Origin: Chrysomallon squamiferum
Taxonomy: Eukaryota; Animalia; Mollusca
Direction of reading: 5' to 3'
Length of the DNA: 64,000 nt
Assembly (NCBI GenBank): GCA_012295275.1
Contig: CM022674.1
Location: 13,082,001 to 13,146,000, forward strand
Shown here: piece after piece, positions 1 to 14,025 of the stretch
Numbering within the stretch: the stretch's first letter is position 1
Layout: each line of letters starts with the position of its first letter
Position numbers and translations under genes: made by a program
The notes under the pieces: model-generated
What the model saw: the letters and a program-made list of their open reading frames with translations, nothing else
Database searches by the model: none
What the model was told of the DNA's origin: nothing

Positions 1-73
1 GGCATTTAGATATCACTGGTGTGAGAAAGATTGAGAGAGAGAGCTACAGAAAATAAAGAGAGAATGAGAACGT

Positions 74-180
<107 letters not shown>

Positions 181-960
181 TTTTTTCTTTCTCGGATATG
201 ATTTATCACACCAAATGATAACAACTTTTTTTAAATCGAATTAAACTTCTCTTTTATAAAGTTCTGAACGCTCTTATTATCAAAGACATTTAAAAGATTA
301 ATCGTTTATATAAGTGAAAAATGAAACTGTTCAATGAATCAGTGCCCATACATAAATCAAGACTTTTTCTGTCGTAATCAAACATTTATTACAAGACAAG
401 ATACCCTGTAATTTACTTCAAACCTGAGACAAAAATATTTTCCTTTTTTAACGCAAAAATCTGGGTCACTGGTTTATACTCAGCAATTTATAAACCTTTA
501 CTGTTCCATCTGGTCATTTTTGATTTAAGCACAGTAAGAATGGACATAACTTTTGCAAGTTAATATTTATATAAACCTGAAACAATCGTCTTGTGAACAG
601 GAAACAGAACGGGAAATGTACTTCGTTTAATGTTCAGTGAAGCGTATAATTTCGCCTCAAGATATATTATACTACCGCAGCAGGGTTTTTTTGAAGTTAT
701 TTTTTTTTATTATTATTTTTATTATTATTCCATTTGATATCATAGCCAAGCTTTTTCATAACTTGTCTTTCGTGTTAGTTTTTTTGCAGTTTTATTTTGT
801 TTATGTTTTATGTGTAGTGTTCAGAGTTTAGAGGGACCGCCCATGGTTTCTTAATCATGTGATTTTTGTCACGGGATAAAAAAAGAAAAAACCAGCTGGC
901 GTAACTTTACAGAGTAAACTTTAATAAAAAAAAAATATATAATAATAAAAACAACATTAC

Positions 961-966
961 CAGATC
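961..966 (-). other. Candidate 6-nt microexon
   Basis: Minus strand reads ttttgttgttatttttctctccatttcctctaag|GATCTG|gtaatg. Long pyrimidine tract, AAG acceptor. Confidence 0.25.
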
Positions 967-1473
967 CTTAGAGGAAATGGAGAGAAAAATAACAACAAAA
1001 TCTACCTGATATTACTTTTCTTTTTATTATTACATAGAATGCGTAATAGGTATGTCAACACCCTCCGTAGCCGGGTATTGTTTATAAAGAAGAGTTTAAT
1101 TAAAGTGAATGCTATATAAAAAAAAAAAAATCAGTCACCTTGAACACGCTGTTGTACAGTTTAAGACTGGAAATAAGTAAAAATTCAAAGTACACTGCAG
1201 ATATTAAAACAATGGATCCCTTCCGAAAAACCTATTTTACTGATCTGACCCTTAAAATTATATACCTGTGACAATTATACTGAAAAGAGTGTGGTTTGTA
1301 AGCAATATGCTCATGGTAATAAAGAAATCTTAAATCCAATTTCAAACGCTAGTGATGTGATAGAAATTTGAACGTTATTGTTTATCTGTGTTTATTTAGT
1401 ATGAACAAAAAAATGCTTTTTTTTTTTTGTTTTTTATCTTCGTCTTAATCATGACATATTATGAAATATAATG

Positions 1474-1515
<42 letters not shown>

Positions 1516-1528
1516 AATAATTAATTAG

Positions 1529-1566
<38 letters not shown>

Positions 1567-1699
1567 ATAAATATAAATATATATATAGAAGAAAAAAACA
1601 GTCATCATGACGGAAAATAGGTCACTCATTTATCTTCGCATTTTAAACGTCTTATATAAAACGAACGCGACACTGATTAATCGAAGCAGGTAACATCAC

Positions 1700-1717
1700 C
1701 TGTACAGGTATGCGACG
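1700..1717 (-). other. Candidate 18-nt microexon
   Basis: Minus strand reads tgtgctc(t)~24cag|CGTCGCATACCTGTACAG|gtgatg. Confidence 0.2.
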
Positions 1718-2406
1718 CTGAAAAAAAAAAAAAAAAAAAAAAAAGAGCACAGCGTAGAAATTTCACCTTGAGGCGAAAACGATATTTCTCAAAGTCGACG
1801 GAGCGGAACGTCTGCCTGTGGATTGGAACAAAAGATAAAATTTCACTATCATTCCCGCCTTTGTGAGCCGTGGCCTGGAGAGAGGGTGTTATCCAGTTAA
1901 TAATGTCGTCTGCTCGGCCGATAATAGAACGTGACACGCTTTGCCGCTCTTCGCGGGCTTTATAAGGTCTCACCTAACAGTTTTAATTCTTGTGTTTTAC
2001 GACAAAGAAAATATTTTCGCGTTGTCTGGATTAGATGTGTGCCTGGTAGGCCTCTTTAAAGCAGGAACAATAGTCGTAGATTGGTTGTTTTTCAGTGAAT
2101 AGATGGATGTAAGAGAGTGCAATAAAAGGATGGATGGATTGAAGGACAAGTGAATGAATGAATGGAAAATAAATTAAAAAAATAAAATTAAATTAAATTA
2201 AAAAATAGAGAAATAAGAAGAACAGCATCAAGTATAATAATAAAATAAATAACATCAAGACAAAAAACAAATAAATAAACAAAAAAAACACAAAACAATA
2301 ATGATGATGATGACTGTGATAATAATAATCAGAAGAAGAAGAAGAAGAAGAAGAAAAAAATGTATTATATACATGATGAATAACCCAATAAACTAATATC
2401 CTAAAG

Positions 2407-2441
<35 letters not shown>

Positions 2442-3305
2442 CAGTATGATTATAAAAAAAAAAAAGAGATATAAAAGTCACGATTAATTTGCAATGAATT
2501 TTGACAGTGACAACAGTGCAGATTTAACTGTGGCTTGAGACCTCGTACTTTCACAATCCGCCATTACAAAGTGGCAGACTGAGAAGTGAGATTTAAAGCC
2601 ACTGAAAGAAAACTGAAAGCTGACACACATATACTTTGATATTTTCTGAAAATACAGTTGCACGTAAAGAGAATTAGTTTTAGGTTAAATCTACATTATT
2701 TGAAATCTTGTAGTTTACTTCTGTTGCCGTGAACACAAACTCGTTTCAGATTTATATCTGGTTTGTTTCTTTCCTTTAAGTTTTCTTCTTTTTTGTTTTC
2801 TATCTTTCTTTTCTTCTTTTGTTTCAATTATTGTTATTGTATTGGTTGTTACTTTACTGTCGTTGTTAGTCACTGATGTTGTTCTTCATATTTTTATTAT
2901 TATTTTTATTATTATTATTGTAACAGAAGTAATTGTTGATGTTCTATTTTCTTTCGGCAGTAGTAGTCATAGCAATGGTAGTAATAGTAGCAGTAGTTGG
3001 GTTGTTGGTGTTGTAGAAGTAGTAGTAGTAATAGCAGTAGTAGCTGTAGTAGTGATAATAGTTGTCGTAGTAGCAGTAGTTACTTTCGCTGTTGCTGATG
3101 CTGTTTTTGTTGTTAATTTGTATACATTATAGAATTCGTTAACATCCTGGTTGATTCTGTGTGTTCGACATATCACAGCAAGTTAATCTCGTCACTTCGC
3201 TGGAGTTCACTGACACTGTCATCGCCCGAAGCCTCACAGGTGCTAGGATCAAACCTGCGCGATGCACTCAAATCCGTTTCCGATAAAACTCCATGACTAA
3301 CTTAC

Positions 3306-3326
3306 CAGAGGCTGTGATATGTTTTC
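3306..3326 (-). other. Candidate 21-nt exon (or 3' end of a longer first exon) of the minus-strand gene
   Basis: Minus strand reads cattcttaaatag|GAAAACATATCACAGCCTCTG|gtaagt. Perfect donor, weak pyrimidine tract. Confidence 0.3.
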
Positions 3327-3377
3327 CTATTTAAGAATGTATGTATGTGTGTATGTCTGTATGTATGTATGTGTGTG

Positions 3378-3428
<51 letters not shown>

Positions 3429-3591
3429 ACTAATTTTAAATGCAGTATTGTTTTAGTGTTAATCTTGACATAATGATATGTTGATTTATTAATTTATTCA
3501 GATCTGGCAGTTTTAAATTTACATGTCCATTTTATTAATAACCTAATCACGAATAAACACATATTATGAAAAAGGGCGATGATGTTGATGA

Positions 3592-3648
<57 letters not shown>

Positions 3649-4039
3649 TGATGATGATGATGATGGTAGTAGTAGTAGTAGTAAAATGATGCCGATGATA
3701 ATGATGATAAAGAAGGAGTAGGAGGAGGACAGCAACATTAATTTTTAAAAATCATCATTATCATCAAAATTATAATCATCTATAATGATCATGTGCGGAC
3801 ACATGATGTTGCCTCTTTGGAAATTTCGGATCCACTCTTCATTATTTTAACGATCCGCTATGATGAACCAATCTCATGGATAATTTCGTTTCGTTCATCA
3901 AAACATCCAACGATCCACATCCGTACGCAAGTGTATTCCACAAATAACGTACGTTTCCAGCGCAACATTACGAAAAATCAACAAGCAAACAGACTGGCAC
4001 TAGATCTCCATTTCGTGTTGCGTAAAATGACAGGAATGT

Positions 4040-4480
4040 CAGTGCCCATCAAATTAGTGACGTCATCGACATGCGCGTCAGTGCACGTTTGCCGAGCTGA
4101 TATTTACATAACCAGCATTGCTCGTACGAGCAGCAGTATCGGAGAGTTTCTTCTTATTCAAACAGCTGTAATCACGACGTCGAAACAACCGCAGGACGAC
4201 TTTCAATTAGCAGACGCGATTTTTTTCAAAATGGCGGATTTCGTTTCTCCGTGCTGATTGGAATCGGATGAGATAACGCCACTCGTTTGTGTTCGTTACG
4301 TCATCGGCGCGCGAGATCGCCGCGCGAGATTTGCCGCGTGGGCGAAACTTGTAATGTAATCCTTTGTTTACTGTGACTTAATTACGGAGAAAGGTTGAGA
4401 TCGTTGTAAAAACAAGTGCATACGTTTAACGTACCCAGATGGCGCTCTGTGACAGGAACAGGCGATTGGTGCAAGAATGT
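4040..4480 (-). promoter_or_regulatory. CpG-island-like TATA-less promoter, probably of a minus-strand gene
   Basis: TGACGTCA (4058-4065) and TTACGTCA (4296-4303) CRE/ATF sites, YY1-type CAAAATGGCGG (4227-4237), CCAAT boxes read on the minus strand (ATTGG 4257-4261, 4465-4469), tandem CGCGCGAGAT (4308, 4321), very dense CpG. Strand is inferred. Confidence 0.6.
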
Positions 4481-4732
4481 TTTCTCCATTCCAACCGATG
4501 GTTATGGCTCTGGGATCAAGTCTCTGAAAAAATAAAAAGCAACTAAACTGACTTTTATTGCTAAGCTTTTAACATATAACTTTATACAGAGCATATAATA
4601 AACAAATAGACGGAAAAAAAGAGAGATAGATGCACAACAGAAAGTTAAATTTTGATACATACATACATACATACAAGTTTATTTTAATCCTTAACTTACA
4701 GTTTATAAACACTACTCTACCCGACCATGCAC

Positions 4733-5197
<465 letters not shown>

Positions 5198-5623
5198 TTC
5201 ACAGACACATCCACCCACACATACATTCGAACCATACAAAATTTCAAATTTCAATTTTTTTTTTTTTTTTTTTTTTTTAAAGAACCGAAATACTAGCCTC
5301 ACTTAAGAGAGAGTTATTAAAAAGAAAATGTCTCGGACTCAAATGACCTGATTTTCTGGTCATATTAAACCTGCCATGGGGCTGTGACATTCCAGGCGTA
5401 CTTGAAATAAATTCGTAAAAGATATATTAGAGATGGATGTAGGAAGGAATGCTGAAAAAAAGAAAAGAAAAAAAAAAGATAAAATATTTTTGAAAAAAAT
5501 CAAAATGACAGGTTTTATGATCTGTGCAGGATTAATTGTCTTTCTTTTCTTAGGTTGTTGCTCTAATTAAGAGAATGTTTACATTTTTTCTTCTCTCGAG
5601 TGTGTATATGTGTATATTCGTGC

Positions 5624-5658
<35 letters not shown>

Positions 5659-8600
5659 TATACATATACATACATATACATACACACATGTACACATACA
5701 CACATACACACACTCATACACACATACACACACACATACACACACATATATATACAGAGAGAGAGAGACAGACACACAAACACATGATAAAACAGTATTT
5801 GAGGACATCTTGAGGCGTAACCGAGTAAATACAGAACACGATTCGCATGTTAATTTAGGAAATCATTTTGTGTGACAGCACATTTATTTATAAATAAAGT
5901 CTACGTCACAGACAAACAACAGACGGAAAAGTCGTCTGCTTTTCGTCAAACGAGTGAAAACAGTTCCAAGAAGAACTCCACCCAGTAAATTAACCCTCAA
6001 ACATCTGAATAAAAAAAAGATTCACAAATACATGGCTGGCCCATTTGTTGTCTCCTGTACTAATAATTCATTTGCAACAAAAATATAATCTGCATAATTT
6101 GTTTGTATCAATTGTTGCCCAACACAAAGTAAACTATTTCATGTGGACTTAAAAACATCAGTGGTTTATACAGAAAAGGACCGCAAAGGGGCCACTAATT
6201 CATTGTAGGGTTATTATAATTATGTATTGTATATTTGTTTGGCAGATATTAACTGATATTCTTAAATTCTAGGTTTATTTATAAAACAACTTTAAAAAAA
6301 AAAAATTGTTTTTTTTTTTTTTTTCTTTCCCTCTATAGGTTTGACGCGGAAATACAGAGGTTTGGTTTCTTTGTATTAATTCAAAATCATATTGTATGAT
6401 GAATTTGTAAGAGAGGTTCAGAAATAAATAATATTATTATTAAAGGTGTTGGACGAAAGTATATTTGTTTTTCTTGTTCGACATCCTTTCACAAATAATT
6501 GTAAAACAATTATAATACAGTTTTATATATATATATATTTGGCTGTATTAAGCTGTTAGACGGAAATATATAGATTTAATTTACTCTTTCGAAATCGTAT
6601 CATGAGATAATTTCGTAAATGTCTTTATAATACAGTTTAGAAATAAAATGTTATTCTTGACGTTTAAAGGTATTAGAAATCAAATACGTTTCATTTAATG
6701 GTTCTTTTTCGAAATCACATCAAAAATTTCTTTACATTACAATTCCATATTTTGTGTGTATATAAAAAAAATTACATTTGTTTAGATTTGTTTTTCTGTT
6801 TCAAATTACTGTCTGACTTCTAAATTTGTTTAGAATGTAAGTTCAGGGGTTTTTTCCGGGGGTATTTTTTTTATATTTACAGGTGTTATATGGATTTAAA
6901 CCCTTTGGGCTTACTTTTTCTGATTCTAAATCATATTTTCTTTGCCTGAAATATGTTTCATTTATTTTCATTTTTTTATATTCACTGGCATTAATCGGAA
7001 ATACATAAATCTGATTTACTTGTTTCAAAAATCATTTTAAGTATAACTTGTAGATTCGTTTACAAATTTCAAAAAAAAAAAAAAACCTTTGCACTTAGAG
7101 GCACTATACGGAAACACGTAATTTCGGTTTACGTGTTTTCCTGACTCTCGCTCCAATCATCTGCGGGTCTGCAGTTCGTCTGCTAACGCTTCAATAAAGA
7201 AATAATTATTCACCTGCTTCACTCTGGACGTCAGAAATAAATCCGCTCTCTCTACCCATCATTTACGTTCACTCAGCGTTATCGGGAACGTTTCAAACAT
7301 CGGCCATGTTTTTCACTTCGCCCCTTTGCGTCGTGACACAAATTAATGGACACAGTGATACGATGTAACGAAAGACACAGGCCATTTTCCGTTCCCGATG
7401 TGCTGGGGTGACAAGAGAGCTATTGATGTATGAGGGGCAGAGGGGAAAATGGGTGCCTCGGCGATAAGCTAAAGAAGCATTGAAAGGTTCAAAGAAATTC
7501 GTAAACGAGATTACCCGAGCATGCGTGATGGGTGGCTTGTTTTAATGAGGTACTTCGCGAACGGCCAGTTTTCGGAATGAAGTCTGAAGTTTGAAGTTTA
7601 GATTGGTTCCACGTGGAGCCTGACTTCCTGCTGTCTGTGTGTCCGTAATAGTTGTCATTAAACTGTCGTTAGGGTTATTTATTTTTATTTGTTTATTATC
7701 TTTTTATTTATTTATTTATTTATTTATTTTATTTGTTTATTTTATTTATTTATTTTATTTATTTGTTTGTTTATTTATTTATTTATTTGTTTTATTTGTT
7801 TATTATCTATTTATTTATTTATATATCTATATATTTATTTATTATTTTAAATTTGTTTTCTTTTTTATGTTTGTTTGTTTGGTCATTTATATTACATCAT
7901 TATCTTTTTCCTTTCAGATTTCTCCATTTATTATATTTTGTTAATTTTAAGAAATATAACAAAACATGTTTTAAGTAAGTCTTTTTATGGATAAGCACGT
8001 CGGACTGTATATATGTTTATCTGCATATTGCACGTGTATGTATTTTTGTGTGTACATACGTACCTATAATGTATGAATGTATGTATGTATGGCTTGATAT
8101 ATATACGTATGTGTGTGTATGAATGTGTGTGTGTATATACGTATGTATCGTATGTATCGTACGTATTATATACGTATGTGTGTATGTATAAATCAATAAA
8201 TGTGCATGTGTCAACATCTGCGTATATCTGTCCATATCTGCATGTGTTTGTGTGTACACTCACACACATTATTTAAAATATAATTTATATATCACATGCG
8301 TATCCACTTACAAAATTTCAGTTGTCACGTAAATCACCAGTCGGCAAGATCCGTTTCCTGTCTGTACCATTTATTGAGACATTTCGTTTAGAAACTACTA
8401 TCAACCTTTCCATTATTTACGACGGCAGCCTATCAATAACTGGTTACTTATGTTTCGACTTATTGCGTGGTTTAGCCTTTCTCCCGCGCGGAGGACAAAA
8501 GAGGCAAAAGGAACGACATCGATAAATGGATTAAGCCACAAAAGCGGACTCGTATCTCGGCTGTTCGAGATGTGATCAGGCTGGACCCTACAGGTACAGA

Positions 8601-9084
8601 TAGGGTGATAAATCGGGGGGACTCGCCGTCCACGTTGGAGAGATAAAACGGCGATAAGGCGAGACGATAATGAGAAGGGATTTAGTTAATGACCAGTGGT
8701 CATTCTGTCCGCTGTCCGCGAGCGGGGTGTGATTTGGTTGTCGACTGCGAGGTCAGGGCTTACAGTTGGTGATAAAGATGTGTCCGCTGTTTTTTTTTTT
8801 GTTTTTTTTTTAATAACGTTTCCCACCTCTTTCAGGTTGTGGCTGGGAAAATAGAGATATTAGCTTTATTTGTTTGTTTGTTTGTTTGTTTATTTGTTTG
8901 TTTGTTTGTTTGTGTGTTTGTTGTTTCATTATTATAGTACTACAACGATTGATGAATATAGGTTTGTATGTACAAATTATATTCACATGCAAACAAATGT
9001 AATTTCGCACGCATGCGTACATTTATGTATTATTTATTTATTTATTTATTCATTCGTTCGTTCGTCTTTGTTATCTTCAGCATT

Positions 9085-9325
<241 letters not shown>

Positions 9326-9680
9326 TGTGGAATTTTTTTCTGCTGCCGTCGCTGTTGTTTGTGTTGGTCTTTCATATCAACGTATTCTCTTTTTCTAGCT
9401 CTACGGAAATGTTTCAGACTTTTGTCATTCTTTCTTTTTCTTTTTTCTTCAAAATGGCATTACCCGTCTTTTGACAAAGCTGCATTCCATCAGCCATTTA
9501 AAACTTGCTGATATTCTTGAATGTTCAAGCATGTATGTACTGTACGTAAATACTGAATCAAAGCCTTTGTTTTCAGCTCAAGGCAATAATCGTATCAATC
9601 GACCAGATTACAACGATTCTAGTTCATCTACGATTTGTATTTACACAGAAAATGGTTACTATATTCTTTAACAACTACGA

Positions 9681-9752
9681 CACCGGTAACGGTATTAGAT
9701 CCCCGTACCTCAAGCTTTAAGAATGACGGCTTAATCACAGCGCCACAGAGAC
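9681..9752 (-). mobile_element. Degenerate tRNA-derived SINE head
   Basis: Minus strand gtctctgTGGCGCTGTGATTAAGccgtc...gtacGGGGATCTAATACCgttaccgg has A-box- and B-box-like elements at tRNA spacing. Aligns by eye with copies at 13637-13710 and 45781-45850. Confidence 0.5.
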
Positions 9753-10453
9753 GAAGTGGCGTTGACAGTGCGCGACAACTGGTTGTTAACGGAAACTAAT
9801 CCTTCTTGGTTAACAGTCTAAAAAAAAAAAAAAAAAAACCAAAACGCCCACACCCTTCGCCCTTAATGACCACGTGATTTAAACTGTTACTCTCGTCTTT
9901 TCACACGAGTTATAAAACTAATGGCAGCATTGTCACCGTTGTACAACAACGACAAGAGCTTGCCTGCCGAGCGATAAACTTTTAACAAGGAGCTCGAGTA
10001 ATTATCGTTGTAAATAATGGCGTCCGTGAACTCGGGGAGAGAGAGCGCGTCGCCAGAACGGGTAAACTGACACACCCTGCCTGCCCCCGCGGGAGCCTTC
10101 GTGAGGGGAGGCAGTTAGGGTGTGAGGTTCGTGCGGGTGATGTTTAGTGGCTTTAACGTCCATGTTGACTTCAGAATGATTAGAGCTAAATTATCGTGAC
10201 CTCTTTTATGAAAATAACAAAATTCTCACCACCACCCCATATACACACACACAAAGGTAATAAAATCTAAAGAAATTTAGCTTTTAAAAAGGAAAGGAAA
10301 AGAGAAGAGAAAAAGTGCTGTAATATTTCTCGCAGAAAAAAATAAAAAAATAAAATGGAAAAATAAAATAATAATAATAAATAAATAAACAAATTACTAC
10401 TACTACTATTACTACTACTAATAAATAAATAAATAAATAGAAAAAACACTGGT

Positions 10454-10575
10454 CATAATAATAATCATAATCATAATCATAATCATAATCATAATCATAA
10501 TCATAATCATAATCATAATCATAATCATAATAATCATAATAATCATAATCATAATAATAATAATAATAAAAAAAA

Positions 10576-10612
<37 letters not shown>
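10454..10612. repeat. (ATAATC)n hexamer running into (AAT)n
   Basis: Direct reading. Confidence 0.9.
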
Positions 10613-10614
<2 letters not shown>

Positions 10615-10731
10615 GAAGGGAAAAACAAAGTAAACCCACGAGTTCATTTTTCTCGGTTCATACTTCAAAATCTATTTCCAAGATTTTTATGACATTTTCC
10701 AGTTCCTTTGGGAAGATAGGCTTAGTTTATT

Positions 10732-10770
<39 letters not shown>

Positions 10771-11559
10771 TTCTTACACTCTTGAGTTGGTCATTTCTCG
10801 CCAAAAGAATGATACAAGAAAAAAGAAAGATTTCGATATAAAATGTGATATTTTTAAGCTGTCTCCTCTAAAGTGCATGTAGAAGATTTATATATATATA
10901 TATCATACCTATTAGTATAATTAAGGAGAGCCTCTAATTGGGAGCAGTAGGTTTCATTTCTCGTACTTTTGTTACAAAATCGTAAATTTGAAACAGATGG
11001 ATTTGTAATTACACGCGCGCACGCAATTATGTCCGTATTTTCATAGGTGTTAAACAAATACACAAGAAAAACAAACTATACATATATAATTAATTTCTTA
11101 TAAGTTATATATAAACACGAACAAGTTCACTAGACAAATGCTATCCATTACTTTCCGTTTCTGCTGAGACATCATTTCCCTTTCGTCCCATTTCGATCAG
11201 TCTAATCAAGTGTTTAAACTTTTATTAGTCCGGACGAGAATAGTACTATCACGAACCCGTCCGAGAATTGCCGAACGTAAATGCCTAACAGTTTGATTGG
11301 TCACACTTGGGAACGATAATAATGACATTGCGCTTCCTGTTTCACACTCGCTCGAATGACCTATCCATTGATGGAAATCGATTTTTCATTAGTACAGCTT
11401 CATTATTTATTATTTGTTGCTCTTTGATGGTAAAACAGATAAAATCTTTGATTTTTCTGTCACCTGCTAAAACACTGGTCATTTCACTGGCGGATCCAGC
11501 CACGCTTTCAGTGGAGGACTGTCTGTCTGTCTTTCTGTTCATATATCTACCTGTCGATC

Positions 11560-11650
<91 letters not shown>

Positions 11651-11879
11651 ACCATTTATTTACGTATATTGGCCAGTATCTCAGTGTATTGTGATGTTAA
11701 AGGTTTTATGTGGCAGTGAAATATATTGTACAGCTGTTTAAATCTAAAGTTGTTTACAATATTATTGTTATTGTTATTATTATTATTATTGTTATTATGA
11801 TTATCATCATCATCTTCATCATGAAAAGCAACAATATCGTCGTAATTTTTTTATTATATTAATAATTACAAGATGCGTG

Positions 11880-12216
11880 CATACTTACATGTATAATACA
11901 TCTCCACCTTCATGCATTTTACATACAAACATATACATACATACACACTCATGTACACATATAAACACACAAATACATGTATATATATATACAGAGAAAA
12001 TGAATATGAATATATACATATACAAATATGCATATACATACCCACACAGACACATACATACATACATAAAAAATGCATATGAATATCTACATATACAAAT
12101 ATGTATACATATATATACATACACACATATACACATACATACAAATGCATATGAATATATACATATATAAATATGTATACATATATATACATACACACAG
12201 ACACTTACATATATAT

Positions 12217-12255
<39 letters not shown>

Positions 12256-12370
12256 CATATACATACATACATACATACATACATACATACATACATACAT
12301 ACATACATACATACTACATACATACATATACATACATACATACATACGTACATGCGTACATACATACATA
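11880..12370. repeat. Compound (TA/CA/TACA)n repeat with an internal ~72-bp duplication
   Basis: aaatgcatatgaatat..tacatata..aaatatgtatacatatatatacatacacac occurs at ~12071 and ~12143. Confidence 0.85.
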
Positions 12371-13559
12371 GTTAAGCTACACAAACACACACAAACACAT
12401 CTGCCAAGTATTTATTTTTTTTTAAATTCTAAAACGACGAATAAAAAAAACTCTTTCATCTAATTACGAATCCCCCTTTTTTATATCAACTAAGTAAAGA
12501 TGTCTTACAAACATTAAATACGAAATCAATCAAACCAATTTGATACCTTTACAAATTACTTTGATGCATGCACAGACAGTTTCCCCAAATCCAAACAAAC
12601 AATTATGTGTGTTTTTTTTTTACAAGTGAACAGACAACCAACCAGTTTGGCGCCGGCAGAACAAACAAAACATTTTACAACACAAAAGTCGTAAGTTCTC
12701 TTTTATTCCTCGAAAAAAAACCACGTCATTTTGTCTGTGAAGCAATAAAACATTGACTAACACAAAGGAAGGGATATGAGAGACGAAAAGGAAGAAATCG
12801 TTTTGAATAGTTTACAAACAGATCAATGTGATTATTTCTTTTCGCTGGTCATTTTATGACGTAGGTGTTAAACAACCTTTGTTTTCCTGTACCTTTCTTG
12901 TTCGCTGCAGTTGTTGACACAGGTAAGTGGAAATGACCAGGTACAAAAAGGTTAACGATCCACGATGATAATAGATTTTACTTTAAAGCAATTTACCTGT
13001 CTTTTCGTTTTAGTGTGAAAATGTCCGCAGGTAAATTTTGAGATATCTTCACTTATGGTTAACGATACATTTAATCGATAATCAAAAACTCGTGATGTTT
13101 CTGTCAGTGATATTATTAAAGATACATATACATATATATATATATATATAAATTAAATAGAGATATATGTTCTTCTCTCATTTTAATAAACTATTACGAT
13201 TCTGTTGCACATGTTTTATTTGATTGTAGATTCACTGGGATCATAAAAATATCAATTTATTTTGCACGAATAACATTTCTACAGTTACTCAATAAAAGAA
13301 ACAGAATCATCTTCTAGACATTCAGTAGATGAAGTAGAAGTAGTAGTAGTAATAGCTGTAGTACTATAATAGTGGTAGCAGTAGTAGAGGACGTAGTAGT
13401 AGTAGTAGTAGTAGTAATAATGGTAGCAGTAGCAGAACAAATGGTAGTAGTGGAAACAATAGTATAATATCATCATCAGCAGCAGCAGTAGCAGCAGCTG
13501 TAGTAGTAGTGGCGGTTCAAGGACGTTTAACGTTTCTCGATTATCTAAGAGAATGCAGG

Positions 13560-13710
13560 AGTTAGAAAGTTAGAGTGTACGCTAAAGAGAAGAGATGATT
13601 ATTTTTGTCTTAACAGTCTGCAGATAGGTCTAATTTGAAGCCGGGACCGAGAAGCGATCCCAGCATCTAACAGTCTGAAGTAAATGGCTCAACAATTTCG
13701 CCACCGTGAC
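13560..13710 (-). mobile_element. Degenerate tRNA-derived SINE (head plus part of body)
   Basis: Minus strand gtcacggTGGCGAAATTGTTGAGccat...gctGGGATCGCTTCTCggtcccggcttc. Pol III A/B-box-like, no intact cloverleaf. Confidence 0.55.
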
Positions 13711-13884
13711 TGGAAAATGTCTCCAACGAGCCTTCAAAAGAGATATTTTAATTTATAACGTGAGTGAAAGGAGATACCACGGTTTTGCAATCGGCTCTGT
13801 AAACAGTGATCACAACTGTTTAGATTAACATAATTATATTCAGCTTGGGTCATAGGTGTTCACCAACTGAAGACACTTCGTGTT

Positions 13885-14025
13885 AAGAAGAGGTCAAGGT
13901 GGAACGAGAGAGCACCGAGCGCCCTCTATAAAAATACCAGCATGACTCGGGGACCAAAGCCGGAGTTCACTAACGACATTAATATTACCTTTTCAATTCG
14001 ATACGTTGTGCGAGTCCGGGTGAAT
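13885..14025 (+). promoter_or_regulatory. Candidate TATA-box promoter
   Basis: TATAAAA at 13927-13933 in GC-rich context (gcgccctcTATAAAAa). Nuclear-receptor-like AGGTCAAGGT at 13891-13900. CpG-rich sequence downstream. Confidence 0.35.

Noticed and set aside
3140-3321. CATATCACAGC (miR-2-like 5' end, K-box complement) at ~3169 with an inverted copy at ~3311
   Set aside because: The local hairpin has a 3-nt loop and large bulges, the 3' part does not match miR-2, and the inverted copies are ~130 bp apart. Not a credible pre-miRNA, and there is no evidence this is a 3'UTR.
3793-4257. 154-codon non-repetitive + strand ORF
   Set aside because: GTG start, no recognisable domain, overlaps promoter motifs. 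One ORF of this length is plausible by chance in 64 kb over six frames. A BLAST or RNA-seq hit would reopen it.
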